A DNA stretch of 64,000 nucleotides from assembly GCF_006345805.1 (NCBI RefSeq), contig NC_043015.1, positions 23,870,001 through 23,934,000 of the forward strand, given 5' to 3'. A model generated the notes under the pieces. It was not told the origin of the DNA, did no database searches, and was given only the letters and a program-made list of their open reading frames with translations. Within the stretch, counting starts at the first letter, position 1, and each line of letters opens with the position of its first letter. The position numbers and the translations under genes are program-made. Source of the DNA: Octopus sinensis. Taxonomy: Eukaryota. Shown here piece by piece: positions 63,876-64,000 of the stretch.

Positions 63876-64000
63876 ATGGGATTAGAAGTGGATTGTATAA
63901 ATGTTCGTGGTCTGGATTCTTCCTGGAGGCAGATTAACTCGCTCATCGAACTCAGTTCACTAGCTATGGATGTGACAGCCGTCAACGAAATAAAGTTTTC
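63876..64000 (+). pseudogene. Start of another Tx1-family ORF2 (APE N-terminus), running off the window
   Basis: MGLEVDCINVRGLDSSWRQINSLIELSSLAMDVTAVNEIK parallels MAKLGCVNVRGMGSKWKQICPLNDLTAHGVDVAIVIESK at 22019. Confidence 0.7.

Overview
AT-rich, intronic or intergenic animal DNA, most likely an octopod cephalopod. That call is inferred from the dense (TA)n/(CA)n/(GATA)n/(AAT)n microsatellites and octopus-type SINEs. Most ORF-track entries are microsatellite artefacts. The real coding content is transposon-derived: a near full-length Tx1/L1-clade LINE (20.2-25.7 kb) plus two other Tx1 relics, an IR/DR-type DD34E Tc1 transposon (29.9-31.5 kb), a 5'-truncated Penelope-like element (PLE) with inverted pLTRs (49.3-59.3 kb) containing a nested R4/Dong RLE-LINE, a CR1 LINE (60.5-63.6 kb) and further PLE GIY-YIG fragments. 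Only weak candidate host exons were seen. The main signal is RNA-level: about a dozen type I hammerhead-ribozyme motifs, many in head-to-head, greater-than-unit-length insertions whose 3' ends point outward into (TA)n. These include ~350-bp and 548-bp retrozyme-like units. Most notably, a 5.7-kb unit has an entire Tx1 LINE bracketed by an 89-bp direct repeat and followed by a hammerhead, which suggests a LINE moved as cargo by PLE/retrozyme machinery. All alignments and RNA folds were done by eye.
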